From Amoebidium appalachense (lineage: Eukaryota; Protista; Ichthyosporea), in the NCBI GenBank assembly GCA_963693365.1, contig CAVNZM010000006.1, positions 1,860,001-1,924,000 of the forward strand: a stretch of DNA of 64,000 bases, read 5' to 3'. Made by a program: the position numbers and the translations under genes. The notes below the pieces were generated by a model, which saw only the letters and a program-made list of their open reading frames with translations, searched no databases and was not told the origin of the DNA. Below, one piece after another: positions 14,377-27,969 of this stretch. Position 1 is the stretch's first letter. Every line of letters starts with the position of its first letter.

Positions 14377-15128
14377 CGCCCTTGCACGTCCCCCTTCTTG
14401 GTTATCTTCTATGACCCAAACTGACAGCTCCTTACCTTTTTTTCGCGTGTAGTGTGGTTGCTGTATAGACTTTATTCTATCATCTATTAACTGTATTCCC
14501 TTTGCAGAGGTGTCTTGTTCACCCTGACCTGCACGGCTGTGGCCTTGTACTACTAAGGGGGGAGGGGGGATGTAAGCCTGAGGTGCATCTGCACTGTGTG
14601 CCCGATGCAAGGGAAAAGGCTGCTGCTGTGTGTTATCCGCCCCCCCCTCCCCCCCCCCCCCCTCCCCCCCTCCTCCCCCCCTCCCCCTCCCCCCCCCCCC
14701 CCCTCCTTCCCCAGTGTGCCCAACCCCGTCTTAACCCCTACCAGTCAACATCCCTCCCCCTGATCTCAGCCCTTTCACTTACGTATACAACCCCTGATAC
14801 TTTTCCGCTGATTGACGGATAGGTGTGTCGAGATCGTTTCTTCCAACCATCTTCAGCTACCAATATCCCATCTCCCTTCCTCGCCTTCCTTGTATGATTC
14901 CCCCCTTGCCCCCGGGCAGTCGAAATGATTCCATAGGTTTTGTTGATGGCCAGCCTTCTCTTGCGTCTCTTGGACTCCCCCATTTCTTTCTTTCTCTCTC
15001 TCCTTCCCTGCCCCATTCCTCCCTCTGCCTTTTTCCTTCTCTTTCTCTCACTCCTCCTCCCCACTCCACATTCGATTTCTGGAGTCAGTAGAGGCTTGTT
15101 CACACTATGAAATACTCGTACACATTTC

Positions 15129-15185
<57 letters not shown>

Positions 15186-15461
15186 ACACACACACACACA
15201 CACACCACACACACACACTGTCTCTCTACCCTACCTAATGTCCTCTCTTCTATCAATATATGTATGTGTCCCCCGGCCCTTCCCCTCACACACACACATG
15301 TGGTTGTTTTACTAGTAGACAGCTGAAGTAGGTATTTCCACATGCATATGCACATACTCACGCATACAGCAGCACCACTCACCCTTATCCCACCTTTACC
15401 ACGCACGCACACACTCCTTCCCCCCTCCCCCCTTCCCCCCTCCCTCCCTTCCCCTTACACA

Positions 15462-15527
<66 letters not shown>

Positions 15528-16833
15528 CCATCAGTGCGATGCTTGAGGCATATGCCACCCGCCTGGGCCTTGCCCTCATCCCCAACGTCTCCCCCCTGTT
15601 GGCCCAAGGCGTCTCCCTCCTTCACCGCAACCCTCAGCTACTCCCTCCCTCCCCGTCGCCCCCACCCAACCACACCCCCACCACCAACAACCCCCACGTA
15701 TTCTCCAAAGGAAAACACCCATGGGGAACACTCTGAGGACGAAATGGAGGAGGGGTGGGATGTTCCAGAGGATTCCGTGGTGCCGTGGAATCCTATTGGT
15801 GACCTTGCTGCGCCCGTGCCTGATCCTGAGCCAATCAGTGGGGAGTCACGTGACTTGGTAGGTGGGTTGGCGATAGTGGCTGAAATGCAGCAAGCGAGGG
15901 GGTTGTGGTTGCATCCGGTTATGGCCGGGATGGAGAGTGGGGCGGGGATGGATGGGCATGTGTGGGGCAAGGTGCTAGGTATGGCGGGAGTGTGCCGGGC
16001 CAATGACGAGAGACGGGTCGGGTCGGTTCTGGCCCGATTGGGTCCATTGTTGGAGAGCGGGCTTGTGGAGCTTGCACAGGCATGCGAGAAGGTGCAGCCT
16101 GGGAGGGGCCTTGCTCTGCGGGGGGCAGACACGTGCCTGTACGTGTGTGCGGGGGCGGCAAACCCGCTGCTGGCACGGCCCTACAGGCTGGAGTGTGGCC
16201 ACACCCTGTGTATGGAGTGCCATGCTGCACAGGTAGCGTCCCCCCCCCCCCCCCCCCCCAACAAAAAAAAAAAAAAAAAAAAAACCTGCCTGCACACAGA
16301 GCTTTAATCTACATTCAGCGTCTCCCCACCTCACCTCCCCTCTCTGCCACCCGCCCCCCCCCCCCCCCCCCCCCTCTTTCCCCCATGAATCGTCTCCTTA
16401 CTCTCCCCCCCCCCCCCACACACACACACACACACACAGACACACACACACACAACCTACCTCGCCATCACCGTCACAATAACCCTCACCCGCTACAAAG
16501 ATTTCCGTGCCTGTTCGTTCTCTCTTTCCCCTCCTCTCACCCTCCCTCTCCCTTTTCTCCTCTTTTTCATTCTCTTTCACTTCTCTCTTCCATCCCCCCC
16601 CCCTCCCCCTGGCCCCTTTTCTCTTGTTCTTCTGCTTCAATACTTCAGACATAACAACCTCCAAAACCTTAGACAGCATGGGTTCCTTGCTAACTAGCGC
16701 ATGCCCCTCCCCCCCAAAAAAAACATGTATGTAATAAAAAATTTGTATTCCTAGTAATCATCTACACCTGCGCTGATTCCTTTCCACTTCTACTGACCAC
16801 ATTTACACCGCGCTACCTGCCTACATCCATGCA

Positions 16834-16915
<82 letters not shown>

Positions 16916-17433
16916 CCCACCCCAATCCAACCCACGCACCCACGCACCCACCTTTGCATACCGACACACACGTGCGTGCGCCCACACACACACACACACA
17001 AAAACACGTACACACACATATACAGGTAGCAGCCCGTGTGCAGAGTGCCAACGGTGCGCAACTAGCCAGCATCACCCTAAGCTGCACTGTATGCCGTCAA
17101 TCATTCACCCCCCGAGACATGCACAACGCACTACTCCACGGCCCTCACGAAGAGAATTTGTGGAGGGAATGGGTGAGGACAGAGGGTCTGGTGCATCTGA
17201 GACAGAGAGGGGCGCAGTGTTTTGTGTGCCCCATGCCCAACTGTGGCAGGTACATGCTTGTAGCACACACCCCAACATCCACACAGTGCCGTGGCTGTCA
17301 GGCATTTGTCTGCCGTGCATGCCAGCGCCCAGACCATCCGGAGGTGCATCCCCCACCCTTTCCCTCCTCCCCCCCCCCCCCCTTCTCTACCCGCCGCCCC
17401 CTCTTTCTCTCTCTCTCTACTTCTCTCTCTCTC

Positions 17434-17470
<37 letters not shown>

Positions 17471-17870
17471 CCCCGGGGACCGACCTCTGAACAGAAGATG
17501 TTCACACGAGAGAACACGAACACAGACTTCCCCTGTTGTCGGTTGTTCGCATCATAAGCCGCCCTCCCCCTCCCCCCCCTTCCCCTCCCCCCTCCCTCTC
17601 TGAACTTCCCCGCTCCAAACGCACACATCCAGAGAATAAGAAATTAAGTAAATATAAGTCGCAAATCCTTCCCGAAAGCACACATCACATAATGCCTCTT
17701 CCCCCCCCCCCCCCCCCCCCTCCTCCTCCTCCCTGCCCCTCTAATCGATGCGAAAAAGGGTTTTCAATGACTAAGAATGGGGTCTGGCTACATATATGGG
17801 GCTAAGGGATGGTGGTCGGCTCGGGTTCGTGGGTGTTTTTTTTTCTTTTGTTTTATTTTCCCCTTTTTTT

Positions 17871-17911
<41 letters not shown>

Positions 17912-18454
17912 AGAGTGTGCCCGTGAGTTGAAAGGGGGAAAGGGGGGTTATGTGCCTGTCCGTGTATGTTTGTGTGTGTGTGTGTGTGCACATGTGTATG
18001 CCTATAGAGCGGTGGCCCCCGGTGTGATGGTGGTGTGTGTGTGTGGGGTGAGGGGGGGGGGGGGGGGGGGGAGGGGTTTGAGGAGAAAGGGGGGAAGGGG
18101 AAGGGGAATGGTGGTGGGGTGAGGGTGCTGGTAGTGTGTGTGTGTGTTGGGGGGGTTGGGGGAGGGGGGTTTTGAAGGGGGGGAGGGGGGGGTCCAATTT
18201 TGCTTCTTGACTGACCGGCTCATTGTGTCGTCTCACAGATGGACTGCAATGGGCGGAGGGTGGCTCTTGGGCTTTTGGCCGGGCAGAAGGCCTGCCCGTG
18301 TTGTGGTCTGGGCACGGAGAAGATGGATGGCTGCAACCACATGCTGTGCCCGGCATGCAGTGAGCACTGGTGCTGGACGTGTGGATGGGCCAGCAGCAGA
18401 CACCCGGGTATAGGCATATACACACACATGGCTAGCGAGAGGCACTATGAGTGA
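8001..18454 (+). CDS. DEAH-box RNA helicase fused to an RBR (RING-IBR-RING) E3 ubiquitin ligase (plant DEAH11/DEAH12-like architecture); apparent frameshifts
   Basis: Exon 8001-12026 holds motif I ATGSGKST, Ia SQPR, II DEAH, III SAT, IV LVFLPG, V TSIAETSVTV and VI QRAGR/AGR (split by an extra G in the run at 9859-9862), then an HA2 region (TEIGRRIARLPVSVPLAR). Further exons: 13193-13550, probable ~14508-14627, ~15527-16232 (second frameshift in a C-rich stretch; RING1 CGHTLCMEC), 17026-17343 (IBR CPMPNC...CRGC...CRAC...H) and 18239-18454 (RING2 CPCC...EKMDGCNHMLC...HWCWTC, IYTHM, stop). Confidence 0.85.
12776..12846 (+). repeat. Copy of ~65-nt intronic interspersed element
   Basis: TGGTTTGCACTCTGCATTGTGTTGTCTG...ATAACACATT inside helicase intron 12027-13192. 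A partial copy lies at ~12283-12326. Confidence 0.75.
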
Positions 18455-18481
18455 CATTGATACTGTGAAACATTGCTCTTT

Positions 18482-18513
<32 letters not shown>

Positions 18514-18564
18514 TTTTTTTTTGGCTTTGTTTGCTCCCGTATTGGTTATATTTTTTTTGTTAAG

Positions 18565-18618
<54 letters not shown>

Positions 18619-19323
18619 GTGTGCGTGCGTGCGTGTGCGTGCGTGCGTGTATGCGTGTGTGTGTGTGTGTGTGTGCGTGTGTGCGTGTGTGTGGTGGAGG
18701 GTGAGGGGGGGGGGGGGGGGAGGACCTTCAATGCATGGTGTACATTAGTATTGTTGGAGGTTTGGGTCGTTGTTTGATTGGTTGGGACCGGTATGTATGT
18801 GGCATCCGTTGATAAACAAATGGACGTATGAATGCCGAAACCCGAAGTATTATGGCACTATGTAGATGACTCCTGTTGTGCGCCTTCAGTTGTGTTTGGA
18901 TCCTAAGTTACTACTTCCAAACCTTGCCTACTTTTTTCCTGTGAATTAATTAAGTTAGGCTATTTTGTTCCCCTTCCTCTCCTATAGTAAGAATATGTGT
19001 CGAATGCGCTCAATAGTCTCGTGTTGAACACTTTTGTATGTAGTTTATAAACCTTATTACCGTCTAAAGTGGTGGAATGTGTGGTGTGGTGTGGGTAGGG
19101 CCTACGGGGGATATGGATGGATGGGGAGGTCTGGTGGTGGTGGGTTGCTACCTAGCAGAATATGGTGTTGTACATAGAGTGTGGCTACGGTGTAGTGGTC
19201 TAGGAGCCTAGTGTTACATGGTTGGTTGGTTCTGTGGGTGTGTCTGCAGGTTGGGCATGTTGGCTGTGTGTGTGTTGGGTGTGTGTGTGTGGTTTGGGCT
19301 TCGGGGGGGCTCTACCTCTCTGT

Positions 19324-19730
19324 TTACGTGTGGTGTTGGGGTGTTTGTGCTTGTGCATTTTGGGGTGGAAGGGTCGTGTTACGTGGTGTCCAAATTTTAG
19401 AGAAGGTTTGCACTTCTACTGTAATTTTACCCAAAATAACTCGTGTCGTGGGCTCTGTGGTGCCGAGGGCTGTTAGCAGGTGCCCCACTGACAGTGGGCA
19501 GAACTCCCTTGTGACCCACTTGATGTCTTCGGGGTCTGGCTGGCCAGGCTGCCCTCCAATCCACTTGAGCCACTCCCCACTGGGCAGTGACCGTGTCGGC
19601 TGTCTGCCGGTGTTGTGCCGTGGGGGTCTTGGGGTGCCGGGAGTGCAGAACATTGAAGATGCATGCCGTGATGGCCATGGTTAGAGAGGGGGCTACCTCC
19701 ACATGTGCCGGGCAGGCCCCCCATCCCATC
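19324..19730 (-). pseudogene. Possible relic of the 3' end of a non-LTR retrotransposon ORF
   Basis: Non-repetitive, protein-like broken frames ending ...GHLLTALG...ITVEVQTFSKIWTPRN, which resembles the IWxxRN motif at LINE ORF2 C-termini. No RT motifs seen. Confidence 0.2.
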
Positions 19731-20875
19731 CCAGTCGGGCCCTTAACAGATTGCCGCTTTCGTGCCTCCCCCCCCCTCCTCCCCTCCCCCCCCCCCCTCC
19801 CCCCCCCCCCCCCTCCCCTTCCCTTAAATCACGTTCCCCCATCAGCCCCTGTGTAGACTTAGGTCTGTCTCTAACTCGTATTACATTCCCCACCCCACCC
19901 CCTCCCCTCCAACATACGTTCGAACTTTTGAACTTAACTGCACGAACAATCACATACGTGTACGTGCATGCACACGTGCACACGCACATGCAACATTATA
20001 ATAAAAGGAACCCGTACTGGGACATAAACACAAATGTGGCATTCTTAACTGCAAGGAAAAAGGTGAGAAAGGTGCATCTTGGAAGACTGGGTGCTCAGAG
20101 ATCGTGGTATCTGCAAATTTTGAGAGATGGTGAAGGAAATTGATAATATTATGGGAGAAAAGAAGGGGGCGGGGCGCGGGGGGAGAGGGGGGAGGGGGGG
20201 GGGGGGGGGGGGGTAGTGGAGGGAGGGAGTCACAGGAAATTTTTGCACTGGGAAAAAGGTTTTGAATAAATTTTTAACCATCTTTGCATCGTGTATTTTG
20301 CTGGCTTACTTTTAGTTTTCGTGCTACTCCAAGTTATGCAAAGGCTAGCCCGAAAGAGTCTGATTCATTGCCCTTTTGGTGGACCTTGCCCATTTTTAGC
20401 TCATGCAGTCGTCGACGATTTTGCAGTTGCTTTACTTGCAGTCCCCTACATATTAGATTCACGATTATAAAGATATGGGGGGGGTGAGAGGGGGGAAGGA
20501 AGGGGGCATGTGTGTGCTTTTTATTTTATTTTATTTATTTAATTTTTTCAAGTTCAACTTGGCCGTTAGCGTGGGTGGGAGGGGGGCCGGGGGGGGGGGG
20601 GGGGGGGAGGGGGGATATGAAATTCAATGATTAGAGACTCCCAATCATGTATCCAAAGGTGCTGTATAGTAATATTATAATTTTTATTCTTGGTAAATTG
20701 GTTTCCCTAGGAGACTCAGTCCCGCTCCTGTAATATACTATGTACGGTACATCAGGCTAATATTAGCTAACTTAGCTAACGTTACCAATTTATTATATTC
20801 ATTTAAACGCGTACTGTTTGACATTCATACAGGTGTAGCACAAAATAAGACCTGTTGTGTCTTTAATCAACATCC

Positions 20876-21588
20876 TTACGAAAGTGCCTCGGCAAGTTTT
20901 TGCTTCTGCGTTGCTGTGAGGTTTGTAGGCATGGCCACCTTAAAGTCTACAACCAGGTCACCCCTACCGCCTGCCTTTTGGGGCATCCCCCGGCCACCAA
21001 AAACCCTCGTGCTCGGCTGCAGCACCGCCCCTGCCGCCGTTGTCAGCGGCTGGCCGTCGATGGTGGGCACAGGGACGGCCTTGCGGAGCAGTGCGTCCTT
21101 AAGGGGCACGGCCACGCTGCATTTAAGGTTGTCGCCGTTGCGTAAAAACGTCGGGTGGGGCTTCTGCTTGACCACAAACACGACGTCCTGTGGTGGTTGG
21201 TGCGCACGTACGTCACCTGCGGGGTCAAAGCGAATCTTTGTGCCCTCCTTCCAGCCCGGCCTGACGTCGACCTCCATGATCTTGGCCTCCTGCTGTGCCT
21301 GGCCCATCACCAGGTCCTCCACCGTGCGTGTGATCTTCATCTTCTTGCATGCGCCCCCGTACAGCTCCTCCAGGGTGCAGTTGAGGGGGTGCACCACCTC
21401 CATGTTCTTTGCCCTCCTCCCACCACCCATGCTGTCGTCATTGTCGCCTGTGAAGTCGAATGGGTGCTGCTTGCTGCCCATCCCACCGAAAGGGGGACCT
21501 GCAGCTGTTCTCCTTTTCATGCGGGGACCAGCACCAGACATTCCCCCTGCTGCCCGGGGCCTCCTTGTACCCCACCTGGAGGGGCCGG
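20876..21588 (-). CDS. Type II DnaJ/Hsp40 (DNAJB/Sis1-like) G/M-rich and C-terminal substrate-binding region; J domain absent, so probably a gene fragment
   Basis: ORF with LNCTLEELYGGACKKMKITR, VRPGWKEGTKIRF, QKPHPTFLRNGDNL, LKDAL, GRGMP...RGDLVVDFKV and LTATQKQKL, followed by a stop. No HPD/J-domain exon was found upstream, where an unrelated duplicated segment begins. Confidence 0.8.
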
Positions 21589-22230
21589 AGGTATGCACAC
21601 CTCCTGTTTCAAGAAATGAGCAACGGTTGGGGCAGGCTTCCAGTCTGCATCACTGCCGGGGTCGGACTCTGTGTTTTCGTCTGTGGTGGGCTCGGCAGGT
21701 GCTTGGGTGGGTGCCTCACACTGGGCTGCTTAGGGGCTGCTCTGCTGATGGGGCAAACAGTCAATATATGCTCCATTAAATCTGGACTTGGTACAGAATG
21801 TTTTAAAATAAAGACAAAAATGCATTTAAAAAGACGATCGATAACACTAGATGGACTGAAATAAAAGTTTCATATCGGTTATGGAAATGGACGAAACGCT
21901 TCGTCAAAGGAACATACTCTCTGTATACACCATGAGACGGGTACGACTCATAAAGCAATGAAAACTCTCCCCACCCTCACACACTCAACTTTTTTGACAC
22001 AAACGCACACGCAAACACGCGCATACACACACACACAGGTGCGTGACGCGCACATCCCAAAGCCACCTGCCCCACATGCTTTCATCACACCATTTTTCAA
22101 AATACCAACAGTAAATGCATCCCCCCCCCCCCCCCCCCCCCCTCTTCCTCGCCCCTTCCAAAAAAGAAAGAGAGAGAGACAGAGGGAGAGGGGGTGTGTG
22201 TGTGTGTGTGTGTGTGTTGGGGTGAGCTTT

Positions 22231-22261
<31 letters not shown>

Positions 22262-23012
22262 GGGGGAGGGGAAGATGTTCACCAACCAGACTCGGTTTGG
22301 GCTCAAAAGCATCTGGTGATGGTTTCACCTCAGTTGTCTCCTCAATAGGATACACCGTCTGTTTGGTTGTGTGGTGGCAGGAACAGAAGCAGAGGGGATT
22401 TTGTGTGTGTGTGTGTGTTTGGGCATGGGGGGGAAGTGGGAGGGGGAGGGGGGGGGGGGGGGGGAAGGGGGGTAGGGGGGGGGGGGGGGGGGCGAGGGGG
22501 TGTTTCACCAGTGTGAGTTGAGAAGCGTGCAGAATGGCCACGGGAGAAGGTGCATGCAACATGAATATTACAGAAAAGATTGGTCCGACAAGAGAGAGAA
22601 AAAAGGGATGGTTGAAAGGAAAACATGCTGATGAGGGCACGGAGAGATGAGAGGGGTTGGGGAGATGGGGGGTGGGCTGGGGGGCCAAGTCGTGTAACAG
22701 AATGTGAAGTACACACTCACGAAAGACAACAAAATTCCAATTTATCTCAAAAAAAAGAAAAGAAGAAGAAGAAAAGACAAAAGGAATGCATCACAGGTAG
22801 AGCACATCCTCTGTAGTGGTCATTGCTAAAGTTTCGTCTGCTAATCCCCATGCTGCCAACCAAAACTAACCCCCCTCCACCCCCTCCCCCCCCCCCCCCC
22901 CCTCGGCCGTTCTAATGTGCTCCGTCACAGGTGGCCCCTCCTTTCCTCCCCCTCCCCACCAACTGTACCGCCTACGAACAGACATTCAACCCACCAACTC
23001 CACCTGCTATGT

Positions 23013-23109
<97 letters not shown>

Positions 23110-23544
23110 CGAGTGTGGGCGTGTGTGTGTTGGGGGGAAGGGGAGGGGGGAGGAGGTTATGTGCGCTCATGCGGGTGTGCAGACGCTGGTATGTGTATGG
23201 CTGTGACTGTGATTGCTTGTGCGCCCACCCACTTGTTGGCAAAAAAATTGCCAACTTAAACTTGTCAACCACCATCAGACACCACACACACACACACACC
23301 TCTGTCTTTGTGACCGTTCCCTCTTGTGCTGTGCCCTCATTCCCATCGTCACCGGTCAGACCAACCACCTGCAGTTGCCAACTGGCTCAGTAAATGTAGA
23401 CATCATCACGCCTATGGCGCAAATGCAATGTGATTTCGAGAAGTTTGGTGCATGTGTCTGTGTGGTTCTGATTGTTTGTGTGTGCCGGTGCAGGATGTGC
23501 AACTCTGTGTGTTTATGTGTGCGCGGCCATGCACACGTGCAATG

Positions 23545-23641
<97 letters not shown>

Positions 23642-24250
23642 CGTGCACTTGTGTGTTCGTGTGTGTGCGTGTTTGTGTGTGCATGCGTGCGTGCTATGTG
23701 TGTGGTCATTAGCCAAGAAGATAAGGAAAAAACGTTTAAAACTCCAAACGCCTCGACCACAAGCAAACACCCATCCACACACCTCTGCCTTCGTTACTGA
23801 GGCGGTATGCACTTGTTCTCCTGTTGCGCCGTGACCTCGCTCTCATCATCACTGATCACAACCACCTGTGTATCAAGCCTGGCTCAGTAAGTGCAAATGC
23901 ATGTTCTGGAGGGAAAAAAAGTAATTGCTGCAACCTCAAATATTGCGCTCTCCTTGCAGTAGAGAACCTGGAGCTGTAACTATAATATGAGCTGTCCCGT
24001 TCTAACAATTTTCTTTACAGTTTTCTTAAGATGACCGAGTCTAGCTTTTAACATAGGCAAAGACAATAGTCGGCAATAGGTCCGGCCGAATCGATGTGGT
24101 ACTATAAGTAAGCTCGCTAAGAGCGAACGGTAAGATCTCTGTTCAGGTCGTGATAGGCAGTTGAGTTGTATACACCACTGAAACACTAGGAGAGCAAACT
24201 TTGACAGCGGTAAGCCGAAGCGAGTAGGTGAGAAAACCCGGTGACGGCAG
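21589..24250 (-). pseudogene. Degenerate paralogous copy of the 5' exons of the SIM/SUMO-site-rich gene at 32330-37456
   Basis: Colinear homologous blocks: 21601-21776 vs 34892-35068 (frameshift and stop here), 22290-22360 vs 35843-35911, 23300-23368 vs 36896-36979, 23782-23866 vs 37382-37456 (1-nt frameshift), and 24150-24180 vs 37715-37745. Intron flanks (CTGGCTCAGT) are shared. Confidence 0.7.
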
Positions 24251-24294
24251 GGAGAGGAAAGGAGAGAGGGATGGATGGACGGGGGGAGGGGGGT

Positions 24295-24354
<60 letters not shown>

Positions 24355-24594
24355 CTTCATAACAAAGAGTAGAAACTGGAGCGGATCTGAAGAGTGGCCA
24401 AGTTTGGCAAGCAGGGGCGAGAAGCTCAGAAAGGAGTGGGGTTGAGAGGACAAAGTTTTAGACATGCAGGAAAGAGCTGTCGAGGGTGACGCTGCGTAGG
24501 TGCGCCCGCGGAGGTGAGAAAGGGGATCTTGTAGTACATTAGCTTAGATAAAGTAAGCAGTAAGCTGGCTGGGGAGCTGTGCGCAAAGGTTTTT

Positions 24595-24625
<31 letters not shown>

Positions 24626-25118
24626 GTGGGGGGGGGGAGGGGGGGGGGTGGGGGGGGGGGGGGGGTGGGGGGAGGGGGGGGGGGGGGGGGGGGGGAATGA
24701 GGTAGCCCGTGTAATGAGATGATCATACCGTGGTGTCTGCGGCCATGCGGCCTTCGACGGTCCACCAGGAATCGCGGACTGTGATGATGGGTTTGTGATC
24801 GTCGTCTACAATAAGGGACGTGTTTTTACGTTTAATTACTGTAACAGTGTGGAGTTCATGATGGCCTGGTCGATTCAACTTGAAGTTAAAACTGTAGTAC
24901 CAGTTTAGCATGATATCGATATGGATTCTGTTAGATAGTGGTTAGGTGAATCTAATGGAAGGGAGGTACATACTTTATTATTTCGTGTTGCACTATTTGC
25001 TAGGGATAAGTGGTATGCGCATTGGCATACGATATGACCATGCAGATGACAAAATAAGCTCAAAGTGTCCATTGATCATGAATATGATGTTATTAATAAA
25101 TTCAGGATGTCTGTGTTA

Positions 25119-26653
<1,535 letters not shown>

Positions 26654-26974
26654 TTATTTTGCATTTATTTGGCCACGTACGGTATTTCAAGATGTTTGCC
26701 ATCTATGTCTGTATGCTGAGCATGCAGGGTTGAAAATGATATGTTACAGTACCTGTTCTTTTTTGCTGCATAGGGCAATTGCTATGAGCCAATCGAGTTA
26801 ATGTATCATATGTGTCCTGTTCTTCGGTGATTTGTGGCCATAAAATAACGGCCCCCCTCCCGCCCCGCCCCCCTCCCGACCTCCCCTTCATTCCTCCTAT
26901 CTTTTCCACAGTGTGTGTGTGTGCATGTGTGTGGGTATGTGTGTGTGTGTGTTTGACAATATTTTGCATGTGTG

Positions 26975-27018
26975 TATGTGTGTATGCGAATGTGTGTGTG
27001 TGTGCGTGTGTGTGTGTA

Positions 27019-27102
<84 letters not shown>

Positions 27103-27265
27103 TGGTTGGTGGATGTTGGCGTCTTGTTGGGTATGTTGCTAATATAAAGAAAGAGACGGTACTTACGTGCCTTCTTGTTCTTGGGTTTTTTTCCCCCGCC
27201 CCGCTGTATGTTTTACCACACCCGCACACATGGGCGAGGAGTACCACACACGTGCACAAGGGGTT
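26975..27265. repeat. Local duplication unit (second copy ~31089-31360) flanking the LTR element
   Basis: TGTATGCGAATG-(GT)n-ATTGGTTkGTGGATGTTGG...GGGTATGTTGCTAATATAAA...GTACCACA is present on both sides of the LTR insertion. Confidence 0.65.
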
Positions 27266-27296
27266 TTCCTCTCTCAGTGCTCTGTCTCCCCCTCCC

Positions 27297-27334
<38 letters not shown>

Positions 27335-27489
27335 TTCCCCCCCTCCCCCCTCGCCCTTCTCTGAGACTCCCCCCTGGTCCCACATCGGTTTAGGTTTCGA
27401 ATGTGCGCGTTTGTGTGTTAATGTGTGTGTGTGTGTGCATGTGTGGGGGAATGTGTGCGTGTGTGTCTGTTTTGCATGTGTGTGTGTAT

Positions 27490-27969
27490 TGTAAACAGTT
27501 GGACTAGTTAGGATAAGGCAGAGTACAACTGAATCAAAATAAAGACAGAGAACGGGTAGAAAGGCACACGCGGCCAGGTTGCTTTTACTATGGGCCGACT
27601 CAGTCTGTCTCAGACTTCACTGATGTGATCCCCGTACTGGGACGGCTTTCTTATATAGCCCCCAGGTTTCGGATCAAGGCCCAGGATTGGTTCATCCGCG
27701 GCCAGCGCGGGTGGCAACATGCCATTCGTGATTCTGGTGCGGTCCGAGCCAGTCAGACCTTTGTCCTATTTATGCAAACCTCTTATTGGTTCACTTCGTT
27801 TATGTGGTATGCAGCTGAAGAACCATATATGGTTCAATTCTTAGGTCAGAGTGAGTCCTATTGGTGCGGACATAATATTTATGTGATATTCATGACAAAG
27901 CACGAATCGTGTGCTAGTAGATCACATTCTTTAGTAAACATGTACAGTTCATGTGTACAGTTGTTTACA
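27490..27969 (-). repeat. 3' LTR
   Basis: Direct repeat of 30609-31088, TG...CA ends, preceded on the minus strand by the polypurine tract. Confidence 0.93.

Noticed and set aside
20140-20645. Possible MITE between the LINE-like relic and DnaJ
   Set aside because: No convincing TIR pair or TSD could be aligned by eye.
24723-24911. 62-aa minus-strand ORF (MLNWYYSFNF...)
   Set aside because: Could be an exon relic, but it cannot be linked to any gene model.
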